Assembly (NCBI RefSeq): GCF_006345805.1 | Contig: NC_042999.1 | Location: 33,666,001-33,730,000, forward strand | DNA: 64,000 bases | Direction of reading: 5' to 3' | Source of the DNA: Octopus sinensis | Lineage: Eukaryota | Made by a program: the position numbers and the translations under genes | The notes under the pieces: generated by a model | What the model was told of the DNA's origin: nothing | What the model saw: the letters and a program-made list of their open reading frames with translations, nothing else | The model's database searches: none | In this document: positions 35,319 through 48,820 of the stretch, piece after piece | Position numbering within the stretch: position 1 is the first letter of the stretch | Layout of the letters: every line of letters starts with the position of its first letter

Positions 35319-38034
35319 CAAGGACATAACCATTGTTGGTCTTTACAGGCCTCCCAGGCACCTCTAAAGTACTTTGAAGAGTGCCTTAGCAAAGTCAAGT
35401 CCTTCTTTCGGAGTACCACTCCGAAACATAATAGTGATGGTTGATTTTAACCTCCCTCATGTGAACTGGCCCACAAATACTCCGAAGTTAGGCAAGTGCT
35501 CTACATCAGATAGGGCAGCAGCATAACTGCTCTTTAATCTGATGGATGTGTAAGTTCCTGACTCAGCTAGTGCTTGAACCAACGAGACAGAATAAAACGA
35601 TCTTGGATCTGGTACTGACATCACTCTAGCTACGTTCACAGCATTTCAGTCGAAAAAAACTCTCCTCTCAGACCACGACAAGTACTCTGCCATCTTAATT
35701 CTATTCCCGACGTATAAAAACCAAACCAGCCATCCCACTCCATAGCACCCATTTGACAAACATAAATTTCCACAAAGGATCTGTCTTCCATCGACTGGTC
35801 TTTTACTCTCAATTCCCCTCATATTGAGACCGCGTGGCAGCACTTTGAAACCATTGTCACCGACACATGCTCTAAACACGCGCTCCCAAGAAATCTACTA
35901 ACACAAACAGAAACCGGCTCCCTAAAAAAGAAAAAACACTCATCAGGCGCATCAAAATACTCAACAAAAAAAATCAACCAATTAAAATATTCCCACACGC
36001 AACATCCACAATTCAACAACAATGAAAAGACTAGAGCTGGAAAAAAACTTCATCTGCAGACTAACATGAACACCTCCATTGAAAATCAAAGAGCTGTGGA
36101 GGAACAATGGGTAATCAAAAACATCAAACAGAACCCAAAAATGTTCTATTCTTATGCAAATAAGCATAGAACCACTGTCTCACCTATTGGGCCATTGATT
36201 GATGAAAACGGCATTCCCCACCACGATGTGCTAAAGAATGGCAGAATACTGCAGAAACAATATTGCTCTGTCTTCAGTGTTCCCACTGATATTGATGTGA
36301 GGGAAACGAACGAAGCTGACTCCCACACAAAATCGCAGACATAACCTTCACTGCCACCGACATCGTAGCAGCAATAAATGAGGTCAAACATTACTCTGCT
36401 GTAGGCCCTGATAGATTTCCCCCAGTCTCCTGAAGGAATGTAGATATCAACTTGCAGTCCCTCTGACCAACCTCTGGAGAAACTCGTTAGACCGCAGGTT
36501 ATATACCGAAAAAGTTTCTATCCCAGTCGGTCATCCCGGTTTTCAAACAGGGAAACAGATCCCTCGCAGTCAACTATCGCCCAATCTCACTCACCTCCCA
36601 CATCATTAAAGTGTTGGAAAGAGTGTTAAGATCAAGGATCTGACTTCCTGGAGACCCACAAACTCCTAAATTCAAATCAGCATGGCTTTCGCTGTGGCAG
36701 GGACTGTCTACACAGCTCTTACACCACATTGAAGATGTACTCAAAGCCTTGGGAACAGGTTCGAACTCTGACGTCATATACCTTGACTTCAGTAAGCGTT
36801 CGACAGGGTAGACCATAACTCCTACTCTCAAAATTGGCAAAATGTGGAATCCGTGGGAAAAGTTCTACACTGGATTCAGTATTTCCTACGAATAGAACAC
36901 AACATGTTGTAGTTGATGGAGTCCACTCAACCCAGCAAAAGTCACCCGGTGGTCCCCAGGGAACTGTTTTGGGTCCGCTACTCTATAATTTTAATGTCCG
37001 ACCTTTCCAGTGTCGTCACATCACTGCAAAGTGAAAATATTCGCTGATGACACTAAGCTCCAGCAAATCGTCATGAAGAAGCAGACCGAACTCAACTCCA
37101 GTCTGACCATATGCTGTGAGTCAATGGGCAGACGAGAAACAAAATGCAACTGAATGAGGAAAATTTTAGCTGATGCATTTTGGAAGAAATTCCTCACTAA
37201 AACAACCATACTCTCTTCCTTCAGGGGAACCGCTCACAACCTCTAACAATATCAGAGACCTGGGTGTAATTGTTGATGACGATCTCAGTTGGAGTGCACA
37301 TCAACAAGAAAGTCGATACAGCTCGTAGGATGAGTTCCTGGATCTTAAGAACTTTCCGGTCCAGAGAACAAGGTGTCATCATACCACTTTTTTCATCCTT
37401 TGTACGGCCACACCTTGAATACTGCTGCCCACTGTGGTCTCCTCACACAAGAACAAACATCTCCAGAATTGAGTCACCCCAGAGGGCTCTCACTAAACAA
37501 ATTGAAGGCATGGCTGCTCTCGATTATTGGGATCGCCTTAAAGCCTTGGAACTTTACTCCCTCCAGCGTCGCCGTGAGCGGTACATCATTTGACGATGTG
37601 GAAAATATACCGCCACCTTTGCCCAAACGACCTAAACAGCTTCAAGGTTCATCCGAGACTTGGACCACGGGCTATACGTCCCCTGCCAAATTCAAGATCA
37701 CAACATACATGTACACTGCAACATAATTTCTTTTCCTCAACAGGCCCTGCCCTATTTAACATTGTCCCGAGGGAGATCAAAGAGGAAAAGGATCCCATCC
37801 ACTTCAAACAGAGTCTGGATAGATTCCTTCAAAGAATACGAGATAAGCCACCCGTAATTGGATACAACTCACCCAACAAGAACTCACTACTTGAACAAAA
37901 CTGGATACAACTCACCCAACAAGAACTCACTACTTGAACAAAACTTGACTTAAACAGGATTCGAATAATCCTATCAGGTGGTGCTATTAAGTTAGACATG
38001 GCCTGGACCAATCTCTGGTCGAAACATATCTAAG
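35319..38034 (+). mobile_element. Degraded CR1-type LINE (endonuclease end plus RT)
   Basis: VDFNLPHVNW, SDH, NYRPISLTSHIIKVLE, QHGFR, YLDFSK, PQGTVLGPLL, FADDTKL, FVRPHLEYCCPLWSP and LYSLQRRRERY. Many frameshifts. 43 bp tandem duplication at ~37860-37945. 3' stem-loop at ~37991-38033. Confidence 0.92.
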
Positions 38035-38124
38035 TTTTATGCCAATACAAAACAATGCACATGATAACACTTCCAATCAGTTGTGATCAGGAGCCAAGAG
38101 AGCGACTGCCTGGTACAACATTAG

Positions 38125-38168
38125 GGCATTTATTATTATTATTAGTAGTATTATTATTATTATTATTA

Positions 38169-38203
<35 letters not shown>

Positions 38204-38300
38204 TTTATTGTTGTTGTTATTGTTATTATTATTATTGTTATTATTATTATTATTATTATTATTGTTATTGTTATTGTTATTGTTGTTGTTGTTGTTGTTA
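38125..38300. repeat. (ATT)n/(GTT)n microsatellite
   Basis: Direct reading. Confidence 0.95.
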
Positions 38301-38819
38301 TTTGCAAAATCTGGTGCTTAATCTATTGGCCTCCTTTTTCGAACGGTTAAGTTAAGATAACACACCAACACTGGATTTCAAGTGGTGGGAGGGGACAAAC
38401 ACAGACACAATAATATAATATAATATAATAATAAGGAGTATCATGAATTTTAGTTTACATTTTGATTGAAATACACTTAATTATTGGCCTACATGTGTTT
38501 TCACTACATATGATAGTAACTGTTGCATTTGCAGCTTTGCTATTATACTGGTCTAGTTTCTTCAGTATCTTCACTGTAATATCCTTTCAGACCGAACTAG
38601 TTAGAGTTTTGTGTTGTTGTGTGTGTGGGGGGGGGGTGCGTGTAAACAGGCGTCTTTCAATTTTGGTGTATCATATCCACTCACGAGGCTAGAGCAGAAA
38701 CATGTCTAAAATGCCACGGCGGGAAATTGAACCATGTGGTTGGTAAGCAAATTTCTTACCACACAGCCACGTCTGAGCCTAGTTACAAAATTATTCTCTA
38801 TTTGATTGCTACACTGTAT

Positions 38820-41030
38820 GTTAGTTAGTTAGTTAGTTAATTTGGCTCAAAAACAAATAGCAAGGCCATGTAGGGGACATGAGTTAAGTACAGGGTGGTG
38901 TTCAAGTAAAGAGTTCAGGCCACTTGAGGTCAAGGGAGGCTTTGAACAAAGCGGTCGTCGGCATCTTCACCATCTCGTCTGGCAGCTTGTTCCACGGATC
39001 CGCAACCCGGACGGAGAAAGCTCCTCTCCTTCGATTGAGATGAAATCGTCGCAGGTAGAGCTTTTCGGAATGACCCCGCAGCCGACGCTCTGGAGCAGGA
39101 GTGAAGAACAGCTCTTTCGAGAGGTTACACTTTCCTCTTATGATGTTGTGGGCGAGAATGAGATCACCACGGCGGCGGCGTTTTTCAAGAGAATAAAGGT
39201 CGAGCGTCCTCAGCCTTTCTTCGTAGGACAAATTTTTGAGACCATGAACCATGCGGGTAGCCAGCCCCTGGACTCTTTCGAGATGCTGTATGTCTTTGAG
39301 GAGATAAGGAGAAGAGGCTTGAATCCCATACTCCAATATGGGTCTCACCAGCGTGACATAGAGTGGTAGGAATATGGCTGCTGTGAGCATTCCGAATGAC
39401 CGTCGAATGAAGAACAGAATTCCGCGTGCTTTGTTGGCAGCATGGACGCACTGGGCCGAATGCGAAAAGGAGGAATCCACCAAGATACCTAGGTCCTTTA
39501 CCTGATCGGTCCTCTCCAGCAGCAGACGACCCGGCTCGAAATCCAGTTGAGTCGCAGGAGTAGAGCCGACAGGCAGATGACAGCACTTTGACACGTTCAG
39601 ACACAGGTCCCAATTGTTAGACCACTTCCAAATTTGGTGGAGGCATCGACGAAGATCCTCTATATTACCGCGAGGAGCGAACAGTTTGATATCGTCGGCA
39701 AATAGAAGGGTGTGTTGCGTGAGGTCGTCGGGCAAGTCATTTATGAAGACTAAGAACAACAAGGGCCCAAGCACTGAACCTTGAGGCACTCCACTGCTCG
39801 CACTGGAGACGTCGGACCGCGAACCATTAACTTGGACTTGGAAGGAGCGATCTGAGAGGAAGGCACCAACCCATCGTACAATATCCTGATGGAAACTATA
39901 TGCTTGAAGCTTGACAAGCAAGAGGCGGTTGTTTACCGAGTCAAAAGCTTTGGCAAAGTCCAGTAAAACGATGTCAACAGCATCACTATCATCGAGGATG
40001 GGCGTCACCAATTCTTCCATTACTAGTAGGTTGGTCAAGCATGATCTCTTCGGCACGAAGCCGTGTTGGGAATCAGAGATAGAGGCTGTGTTTAGGAGGT
40101 GGAGCATCATACTTTTCTTAAGGATGGTTTCGAACATCTTGCTGATAATTGATGTAAGGGAAACCGGTCGGTAGTTAAGCGGGTCTTCGCGGCTCCCTTT
40201 CTTGAAAATTGGGCAGATTATCGCTGTTCTCCAGTCAGCAGGTATAACACCCGTCGCCAATGACATATTGAATAGTCGTGTTAAGGGCTCGCAGATGACC
40301 GGAGCCAACGCTTTGATAACCCGTGGGTGTATGCCGTCAGGGCCGTGACCTTTGTTGACATCGAGGCCTTGAATAACACGTTTGACTTCGTCCCGCGTGA
40401 TGACCAATCGAAGCATTGGAGGTACTGATCTATCAAATGGAGGGGGTTCACGACCATCATCTTGTTTGAAAATAGTTGAAAAAGCCTTGGCAAATAATTG
40501 ACTCTGTTGATAAGGGTCCTCAATCGATACGCCTGTTGAGTCTACCAACGTTGCAATCTGGTTGTTCAAGCGGGAATTCCGCTGGACATGGGCAAAGAAG
40601 GTTTTTGGATTGCTACTGGCATTTGCCGCGATTTTTTATTCGTAACTGAAGCGTTCTTTCTTTTCAATTTTCACGGCTCGGTCTCGTTGAGTTTTGTGCA
40701 CCTCAAAAGCTGCAGTCGAATCCAGATTTTTGAATTCAGCCCAAGCAATATCTCTGAGTCGACGTTCTCGTTTAACCCTCTTCGTCACCCAGGACTTGTG
40801 TTTCTTCCTCTTGGGAAGCCCAACGGGAACTGCCTGGTCAGTCAAACAGATTACATATGCTTTGAGGGATGACCATAGTTCGTCAACTGAGGACAACGTC
40901 ATCAGGGATCGCCAGTCCAGAAGCGCGGAATCCTCGGTTAGAATTTCAAGATTAATTGCAGAGAAGACTCTACGTGGCAGCGAAGTAGTCGTGGGCGTAG
41001 AAAAAGTTGTGTGCATGACGAACTTCAGGA
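38820..41030 (-). mobile_element. 5'-truncated, young CR1-type LINE with (TAAC)n 3' tail
   Basis: Tail reads gttagttagttagttagtt on the + strand at ~38820-38840. The RT frame is open apart from one TAA at 40636-40638. Confidence 0.93.
38902..40569 (-). CDS. CR1-type reverse transcriptase, uninterrupted 555 codons (start codon is not native)
   Basis: GPDGIHP, NYRPVSLTS, QHGFVPKRSCLTNL, LDFAKAFDSV, SGVPQGSVLGPLLF, FADDIKL, KDLGI, VRPILEY and LYSLEKRRRRGDLI. The same frame continues upstream through YE*KIAANA. Confidence 0.92.
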   Translation of the reverse strand: MNNQIATLVDSTGVSIEDPYQQSQLFAKAFSTIFKQDDGREPPPFDRSVPPMLRLVITRDEVKRVIQGLDVNKGHGPDGIHPRVIKALAPVICEPLTRLFNMSLATGVIPADWRTAIICPIFKKGSREDPLNYRPVSLTSIISKMFETILKKSMMLHLLNTASISDSQHGFVPKRSCLTNLLVMEELVTPILDDSDAVDIVLLDFAKAFDSVNNRLLLVKLQAYSFHQDIVRWVGAFLSDRSFQVQVNGSRSDVSSASSGVPQGSVLGPLLFLVFINDLPDDLTQHTLLFADDIKLFAPRGNIEDLRRCLHQIWKWSNNWDLCLNVSKCCHLPVGSTPATQLDFEPGRLLLERTDQVKDLGILVDSSFSHSAQCVHAANKARGILFFIRRSFGMLTAAIFLPLYVTLVRPILEYGIQASSPYLLKDIQHLERVQGLATRMVHGLKNLSYEERLRTLDLYSLEKRRRRGDLILAHNIIRGKCNLSKELFFTPAPERRLRGHSEKLYLRRFHLNRRRGAFSVRVADPWNKLPDEMVKMPTTALFKASLDLKWPELFT

Positions 41031-41072
41031 ATCTTTTTTTTAACTATTGTCTACATGAATGTATTTCCTATA

Positions 41073-41465
41073 TCTCCTTTATATATAAAAGTCAAGTTGT
41101 GTGTCTGTCTCCTACGATTTAGATTCCTAACTACTCCCACATTTTGCGGTGCAGTTTAACCAGAACCGGGTATCTTATAGTCGTGATTCAAATCGAGCCC
41201 TTCTGGGTTTTAGCGCGCGTCTACGATGAGTCTACGATTTAAAAAAAAATTACCATCAATTTTTCCCATATTTAATGCATTTTTGGCATATATAAGGGAA
41301 GTAACTCTCTAAAAATTTATTATTAAATCTCAGAACGTAAAAAGCTACAGTACCCCCCCCCTTGTGGTTAGCCATATTGAGATGGCTATTATACTTTACA
41401 TCTCTAAAAATGCTTATATAGTTATTTCCCTTACAAACCCGAGCAACGCCGGGCGATACTGCTAG
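41073..41465 (+). mobile_element. Non-autonomous Helitron (393 bp)
   Basis: 5' A|TCTCCTTTATATATAAA. 3' CCCGAGCAACGCCGGG hairpin followed by CGATACTGCTAG|T. Confidence 0.9.
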
Positions 41466-41504
41466 TTTAGCATACATGTTGCAAGCTACTGTATCTCGAA
41501 TCTT

Positions 41505-41735
41505 AAGGCAGCGTGCTGGCAGAATCATTAGCACGCCGGGCGAAATGCTTAGCAGTAATTCGTCTGCCGCTACGTTCTGAGTTCAAATTCCGTCGAGGTC
41601 GACTTTCATCCTTTCGTGGTCGATTAAGTAAGTACCAGTTACGCATTGGGGTCGATATAATCGACTTAATCCGTTCGTCTGTCCTTGTTTGTCCTCTCTG
41701 TGTTTAGCCCCTTGTGGGTAGTAAAGAAATTTGTA
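41505..41735 (+). mobile_element. SINE family B
   Basis: ggcagcgtgctggcagaatcattagcacgccgggcgaaatgcttagc...gtttagccccttgtgggtagtaaagaaat. Confidence 0.85.
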
Positions 41736-42344
41736 TTTCGAATCTTAAATTTGACATACCATCTGGTCCTCAATTATTCTGGAGATGTGTAACGCGACGC
41801 TGTTCATAATATAAACGACCAAGAAATGGTATTTTTACATTGCATGGGATAAAAAAAAAATTGGAGCCGATGTAGATTTTTTTCAGTAGATAGGTGTCGG
41901 TAACATTTCCCTCTATTTTATGTATCAGTTTCTCTTCGGCAGTTTATATTTTACATTCCAGATTACTTACACCTACGTGTTAACATTCCCGATATAATAA
42001 GATTATATATTCTATATTTTATCTTTACTGACAGTATCTATATATGAAGTACTGAATCTGGGTATTTTTCAAGAATAGGTTGTATATAATGAAATAATAC
42101 ATACCAACTTAAGCTAGCAGTAGAAACGGTCGAGATCCCTGTCTGATCAACTCTACGTAATTACATTGACTCTGCATAATTATACTATGTGTACTTCTTG
42201 AAGTAGGGATCTTCCTGGCATCAGCAGCATTGGTAAACGGACACACGGAAAAACGCATGCACACACTCATACACACACCGTACACAAAGACACACAAATA
42301 AAATACATATTTAAGTATAGCCTCTCAACTATCGAGACACCTCT

Positions 42345-42569
42345 GACATTTTACTCTTTTACTCTTTCAATTGTTTAAGTCATTTGACTGCGGCCATGCT
42401 GGAGCACCGCCTTTAGTCGAGAAAATCGACCCCGGGACTTATTCTTTGTAAGCCCAGTACTTATTCTATCGGTCTCTTTTGCCGAACCGCTAAGTGACGG
42501 GGACGTAAACACACCAGCGTCGGTTGTCAAGCAATGCCAGGGAGACAAACACAGACACACAACACACAC

Positions 42570-42620
<51 letters not shown>

Positions 42621-42780
42621 TACGACAGGCTTCTTTCAGTTTCCGTCTACCAAATCCATTCACAAGGCATTGGTCAGCCCGGTGCTATAGCAGAAGACAC
42701 TTGCCCAAGATGCTACGCAGTGTGACTGAACCCGGAACCATGTGGTTGGTTAGCAAGCTAGTTACCACACAGCCACTCCT
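42345..42780 (-). mobile_element. tRNA-derived SINE family C, near full length with internal (TA)/(CA) tract
   Basis: The minus strand begins gtggctgtgtggtaac...gggttcagtcacact. The body is collinear with 45990-46375. Confidence 0.85.
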
Positions 42781-43644
42781 AATGATTTTCTCCCATTTCG
42801 ATCACGGGCTTTATTTACGCATTCAAGAGGTTTGCTACATACTTAAATCTGTGAATAATTCTTATTCAAGTGTATATTTAGGTTTCCTTAATTTTGTGTC
42901 ATTATTTCTAAATGTAAGATAGATCTCTAGAAAGAAAAGTAACATTCTCTGGCAAGCAATAATCACATGAGATAGTTGACATGAATAATTCAACAACTAA
43001 TCCTCAGAGAGCATATCTATAATTTCTCGGTTATATAACAATTCAAATTTCCCCGTCGATAAATAATATGAAATAGAAAACAATATATTATATTACGTTA
43101 CTTTACTACCAATGAAGATTCAAAAGCGACGTCTAAGTTTATTACGATAATATATTTTGAATGACTAAATTACAGTTAAAGTAAAATGTCTGTATATTAG
43201 TTCCAATATTGAGACACCAGTTCAGTGTGAATACCATAATATTTTATATGTATGACGTAACCATGTTGTGGTTCAACAGATTACAATTTTGAAGACGCAT
43301 TCTGTGGTTAGAACTTAATTGTATGTATATGAGATATTACCAAACAACATAAGGATACAAGTTGAAATATGAAGTATGTGTACAAGCTGAAATATTCTCA
43401 GCTCCTTTTCCAAATTATTCTATGAATTTTCTTTCCAGCAATAATACACTTAGTACTAATGCAAATAACCCATGCGTAATCAGCGGACATAGATTTACCT
43501 CTAACTTTGTACTGTGAGTTTCATCAATTTCTTTCAGAAAAAGTACTACAAATTCAGTCCATCGATTGCAATGTATTATGCCTCGTGACTTACTTTAAAC
43601 GTTCAATAGCCACCATATTTTAACTGCATGTTATGTATATATAT

Positions 43645-43716
<72 letters not shown>

Positions 43717-45989
43717 AAATATACTAATACCTTCAATCTATAAATATTTAGTAACAAATTCCTTTGGTTTTCTTTTTTAAAGCCACTCCTTTTCCTATGC
43801 AAATATATATATAGCCAGAATGTTATAATATACGTTCATTAAAGTAACAATATCACGATGTACAGTATATACTCTCTGCATATTACGCACGCTATCATTT
43901 GCTTACATACCCACATCTACTTCATAAATATAAGACTGAATTTGCGTTATGGACCACAAATGTCCCCAAAATGCCTTTTTATAGGGAATTAAACTTTGTT
44001 GAGATATATCAATGTAGCAGAAGTGAAACCATAATTTGATAATGTTACATTACAATGTGCGAACAGAAGGTGTGGACAAACAAATGCTCAATGACTATTT
44101 GTTAGGTTTTTTACTAATGCAGTTTCCTCTCCCCAAGCGCGCTTATATTGTCCCAACATCTCCCAATGTTTCCATATTACAAAATATTAAAACAGACTCT
44201 CTGAGGCTATATTCCTTTCTATTGCATAATACGAATACTACAACATTATGACGAATAAAAAGCAGTTTCTAAGTATTCTCAATACGAAGTTTTGACTAAA
44301 CATCCATGTATTGAACCGTTTAGACGTAGTGTTATTTGACGTTATTAACGGTAAATGTCAAATGAAAGAAATGAAAATAAATCCGAAATATTTATAACGT
44401 CATTTAATTAAAACCGAGCTAAAAATATTACAAAATTCAGTCTGTTGAAAGAGCTATGAGTAAATATTGTTTCTATGCTCGTAGTTGTTTACAAGCTTCT
44501 TGAAAGATGATCTTGAAATTTTCTTTTTCTTTTAGGTATCCGGGAATATATAAATACACTACGCTGCACTAATAATTAATATACATTATTACGTCCCTCC
44601 GCCAAAAAACAACAGAATAAATAGATAGATATTCAGTAAAGCGAATATCAAATGTGTTTGGATATTAGTCTTTACATTTCATATAAAAAAAATTCATATT
44701 TTGGATCCAAAAGTATTTTCGTTTTAGTTATATTCAATTTACTACTTCATTTCGCATTCTGTTTCTCAAGTTAATTTGATGTATTGTTTCGATAACAGTA
44801 TAACGTTTGTGATTACCAAATGGAGCATCCATTAATATTGTTCAACTGACATTGATAAATTATATCTAGAATATATTGAAATCTAAAACGATTTGATGAG
44901 AAACAATGGAATTAGAAGTTTTCACTACTGCAAGTTTGTCCCAGTAACGAGAGACGTCGATAATATTGACTTGCAGATATAATTTTTATATGAGATGATT
45001 ATTAGTTTGTATACTGATAAATCACATAATTAGCTTCATCCAAAATCGCTGACTATAGTTGAAGGGACACTGATCATTGCAGAGCAACTTCATAGGATAT
45101 GAACTTATGATAGTCATAGATACCTTCTTTACATCAAAGTTCACATATCAATTTTTCCCATCAGATGATTCATGCATTCTTGATTGTTATACTGAAAATC
45201 CGGAAAACTTCCGAATATTGAACTTGTATTCTCTAGACAGTTTCAAATCCCCTGTACAGACGCTTCTATCTGAAGTATTGAAAACTCATATTAAATGCAG
45301 ACATTCCTCATAAAGAACGTCGAAGTTAACAGTGCAAGCAAATTTATGTTAAGGTAGCAGTTCTAATTAAGCCTAAGCTGGTACTTTAATATTTTCAGAT
45401 GTAATGTAAATATGTTGCCGCATTTCGTAATTATCTATGGAATGTTTACTGAAGAAATGTAAATATCTTTACTATCTACATTCATCCGAGGTTGCAAAAC
45501 AGAACAATAAATCATGTATGCAATTGAAAAGACGGCAATTTATCAAGTCCGACTCATGAATTATACTGAACTTGTAATAAACCAACACAATACAACTAAT
45601 TAAAGGATTAGCAGTCACTGATTAACAACTAATGAAATTATCATCCGCAATAAATAATGCCTTGTACATTTTAATCTTAAGGGGTAATTCTAAAAGCATT
45701 TCGAATTCAAAGTGATTCTAAACGGAACAAATGTAAGATAATTTATGGTGACTTTCTATGTACGTAAACTGTTGTATACCAGCATAAGATATGCTCGTAT
45801 ACAACATACTGTAAATTTTCTGAAAGTAAAACTCTTCAAGCATATGTTATCTTTAAACATACTATGGTTTTGTATTTCTGTACATAAATTACAGAAACTT
45901 AGAAAAGTTCTATATTTAATGGAAAAAATGAAAATATTTTAGGGAGAAAATAATAGAATAAACTGTAATATACTCTTTATTCGCTTGTT

Positions 45990-46375
45990 TAATATTTTAC
46001 TTGTTTCAGTCATTTGACTGTGGCCATGCTGGGGCACCGCCTTTAGTCGAAGAAATGTACCCCAGGACTTATTCATTGTAAGCCTATTACTTATTCTGTC
46101 GGTCTCTTACGTCGAACCGCTAAGATACGGGTACGTAAACATACCAGCATCGGTTGTCAAGCGATGTTGGAGGAGGCACACACGCTCATATATTTATACA
46201 TATTCATATATACGACGGGCTTCATTCAGTTTCCGTCTACCATATCCACTCACAAGGCTTTGGTTGGCCTGAGGGTGTAATAGAAGACACAGTTGCCCAA
46301 GGTGCCACGCAGTGGGACTGAACCTGCAACCATGTGGTTGGTATGAAAGGTACTTACCAGAGAGCCATTCCCGCG
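45990..46375 (-). mobile_element. tRNA-derived SINE family C
   Basis: Collinear with 42345-42780. Confidence 0.85.
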
Positions 46376-46742
46376 CCTATATAAAATTATAGGGAGACTG
46401 CCGTGACCAGGCACCTTAATCATAGGAGGGAGAAGAATTAAGTTTTTCAGGGTCTTCGAGCGCTAACCTGGCGAGCATCTAGGAGATTATACTCCGATAA
46501 ATGTATGCATGAAGCAGGTAGTGGTATTAATATAGGCAATGCATTAAATCAACAACTCATTCAACAGCTTAAAATTGAGAGGTTCGTTTTATATTCAGAA
46601 AATACTCAATCATAAAAATACTGTATGTAACATATGAGAAAATACAATGAGAAAAAGGAAATAGATTTCGTGACAGTTCAAATAATACAAAACATAAGAC
46701 ATAATCTTTAAAACAATGAAACATATTTATTCATTGCACACA

Positions 46743-46806
<64 letters not shown>

Positions 46807-46889
46807 AACAAGCATATTCACAAGCACACATGCTCATTCATACATACATACATACGTCCATATACATATATATACATACATATGTATAT

Positions 46890-46964
<75 letters not shown>

Positions 46965-47700
46965 TATATAATTAGCAGAATGAGATAAAGATCCGAGGGT
47001 ATGAAAGATTTCAGAACATTTATAAATAGAATGTCTTACTGCTGTTTCCGGGATATTTCACATATCCCTTAATCGGAGATGGTGTGAGAGAATGGTTGAG
47101 CAATAATTACTCTAGAGGAGATATGGTATACAAAGTGAAGTAGAGGAATGAAAACAGGCGTGTGATATGCAGGGATATTGTATCTGCAGTTCCATTATTT
47201 AAGCAGAATGGTTTACACACATCAACACATAAATACGCATACAAAGGCCATGCATATAAGTTTCCTGTACTTTGTGTGAAAGTTCTAATAGCATTTAGAA
47301 TTGATCATTCGAAGCACAGAGTGTGTAAAAGGTGTTATTGAATCGAGGGCTTTTTGAAGTGATTTAAAAGTTGGGAATGTGTTTGTAAGGTCAAATCAAA
47401 AACAGGAAGAGAGGGAGAAAAAAGAAAGAAACAAAAGAAAAGCAGGGTGAGAGATAATAAAGTAATGGTCAGTCAAGATAAATTGATAGAAGGAATGAGA
47501 AGGTGAGAGTGATAGAGAGAGATAAGTTATGAGATTGTAAAGAGACAGGAGGATAAAGAGTAAAGGAGTGTCAGGTATGTAGTGAGAGAGCCTAAGTGAA
47601 GAGCAGAGAGAGAGCAGGTATGGTAGTAAAATGGTGGAAAGAAGAATTTGGAAATATAGTTTAGGTTGGTTAGAAGACAGGTCAGTGCTTAGTAGTAGAA

Positions 47701-47747
<47 letters not shown>

Positions 47748-47809
47748 TAATCCAAACAAGAAAACAAAAACGAAAAGACAACGCAAGGACGTGGAACATA
47801 TATATATAT

Positions 47810-47901
<92 letters not shown>

Positions 47902-48122
47902 AAGATGTATACACATACATATATTGAAAATCTATATAGATATTTACACACATCAACACATAAATACGCATACAAAGCCCATGCATGTTACATATATACA
48001 CTCTTATTTGTATCTAATTTTTACATACATAAAAATTCCTGCATACACAGAGGCATTCATATAGGCTTGCAGATGGGCATAATTGTATGTGAGTATACAC
48101 ATATATACACGTACACATGCAT

Positions 48123-48192
<70 letters not shown>

Positions 48193-48644
48193 TATATAAT
48201 ATATATGTATTTATGTATATATATGAAATAATATTGTATGTATTACCGTTTATTATGTTTTTCAAGTGCTAGATCATCCCAGGAGGAAGCGTGCATACCG
48301 TCATTGCTCATGCTCCTTCTTGCATACATTTCCTAACATGATATAATATAGCCAGTGTGGTAAAACTAAAACGCAATGATTATTATTGCATTATCATTAA
48401 TATCAGCGCTTTTCGTTCAGATTGTTTTTACTGTATTACAGCTACTATCTCACATATACCTACTCACGTACCCACATGCATATGTACGTACATGCACACT
48501 ATCGACGATACAAACACAAAGTTGTTGAGTACATACACACAATACGCACATATCTTCAAATGCACATACAATTCTCTCATTACAAGATAAGAATTACCAA
48601 GTAAATATGGAATTAACACGGAGAAATACTGACCGCACACAATT

Positions 48645-48820
48645 CTTTTCTACTCTAGGCACAAGGTCCGAATTTTTTGGGGAAGGATGGCCAGCGGATT
48701 AGATTGATCCAGTACGCAACTGACACTTACTTTATCGACGATCAAAAGATGGAAGGCAAAGTCGACCTCGGCGGAATTTGAACAGATGAAATACCGCTAA
48801 GTATTTTGCCCGACGTGTCA
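48645..48820 (-). mobile_element. SINE family B, diverged
   Basis: gaaggcaaagtcgacctcggcggaatttgaac...gaaataccgctaagtattt. Confidence 0.75.
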
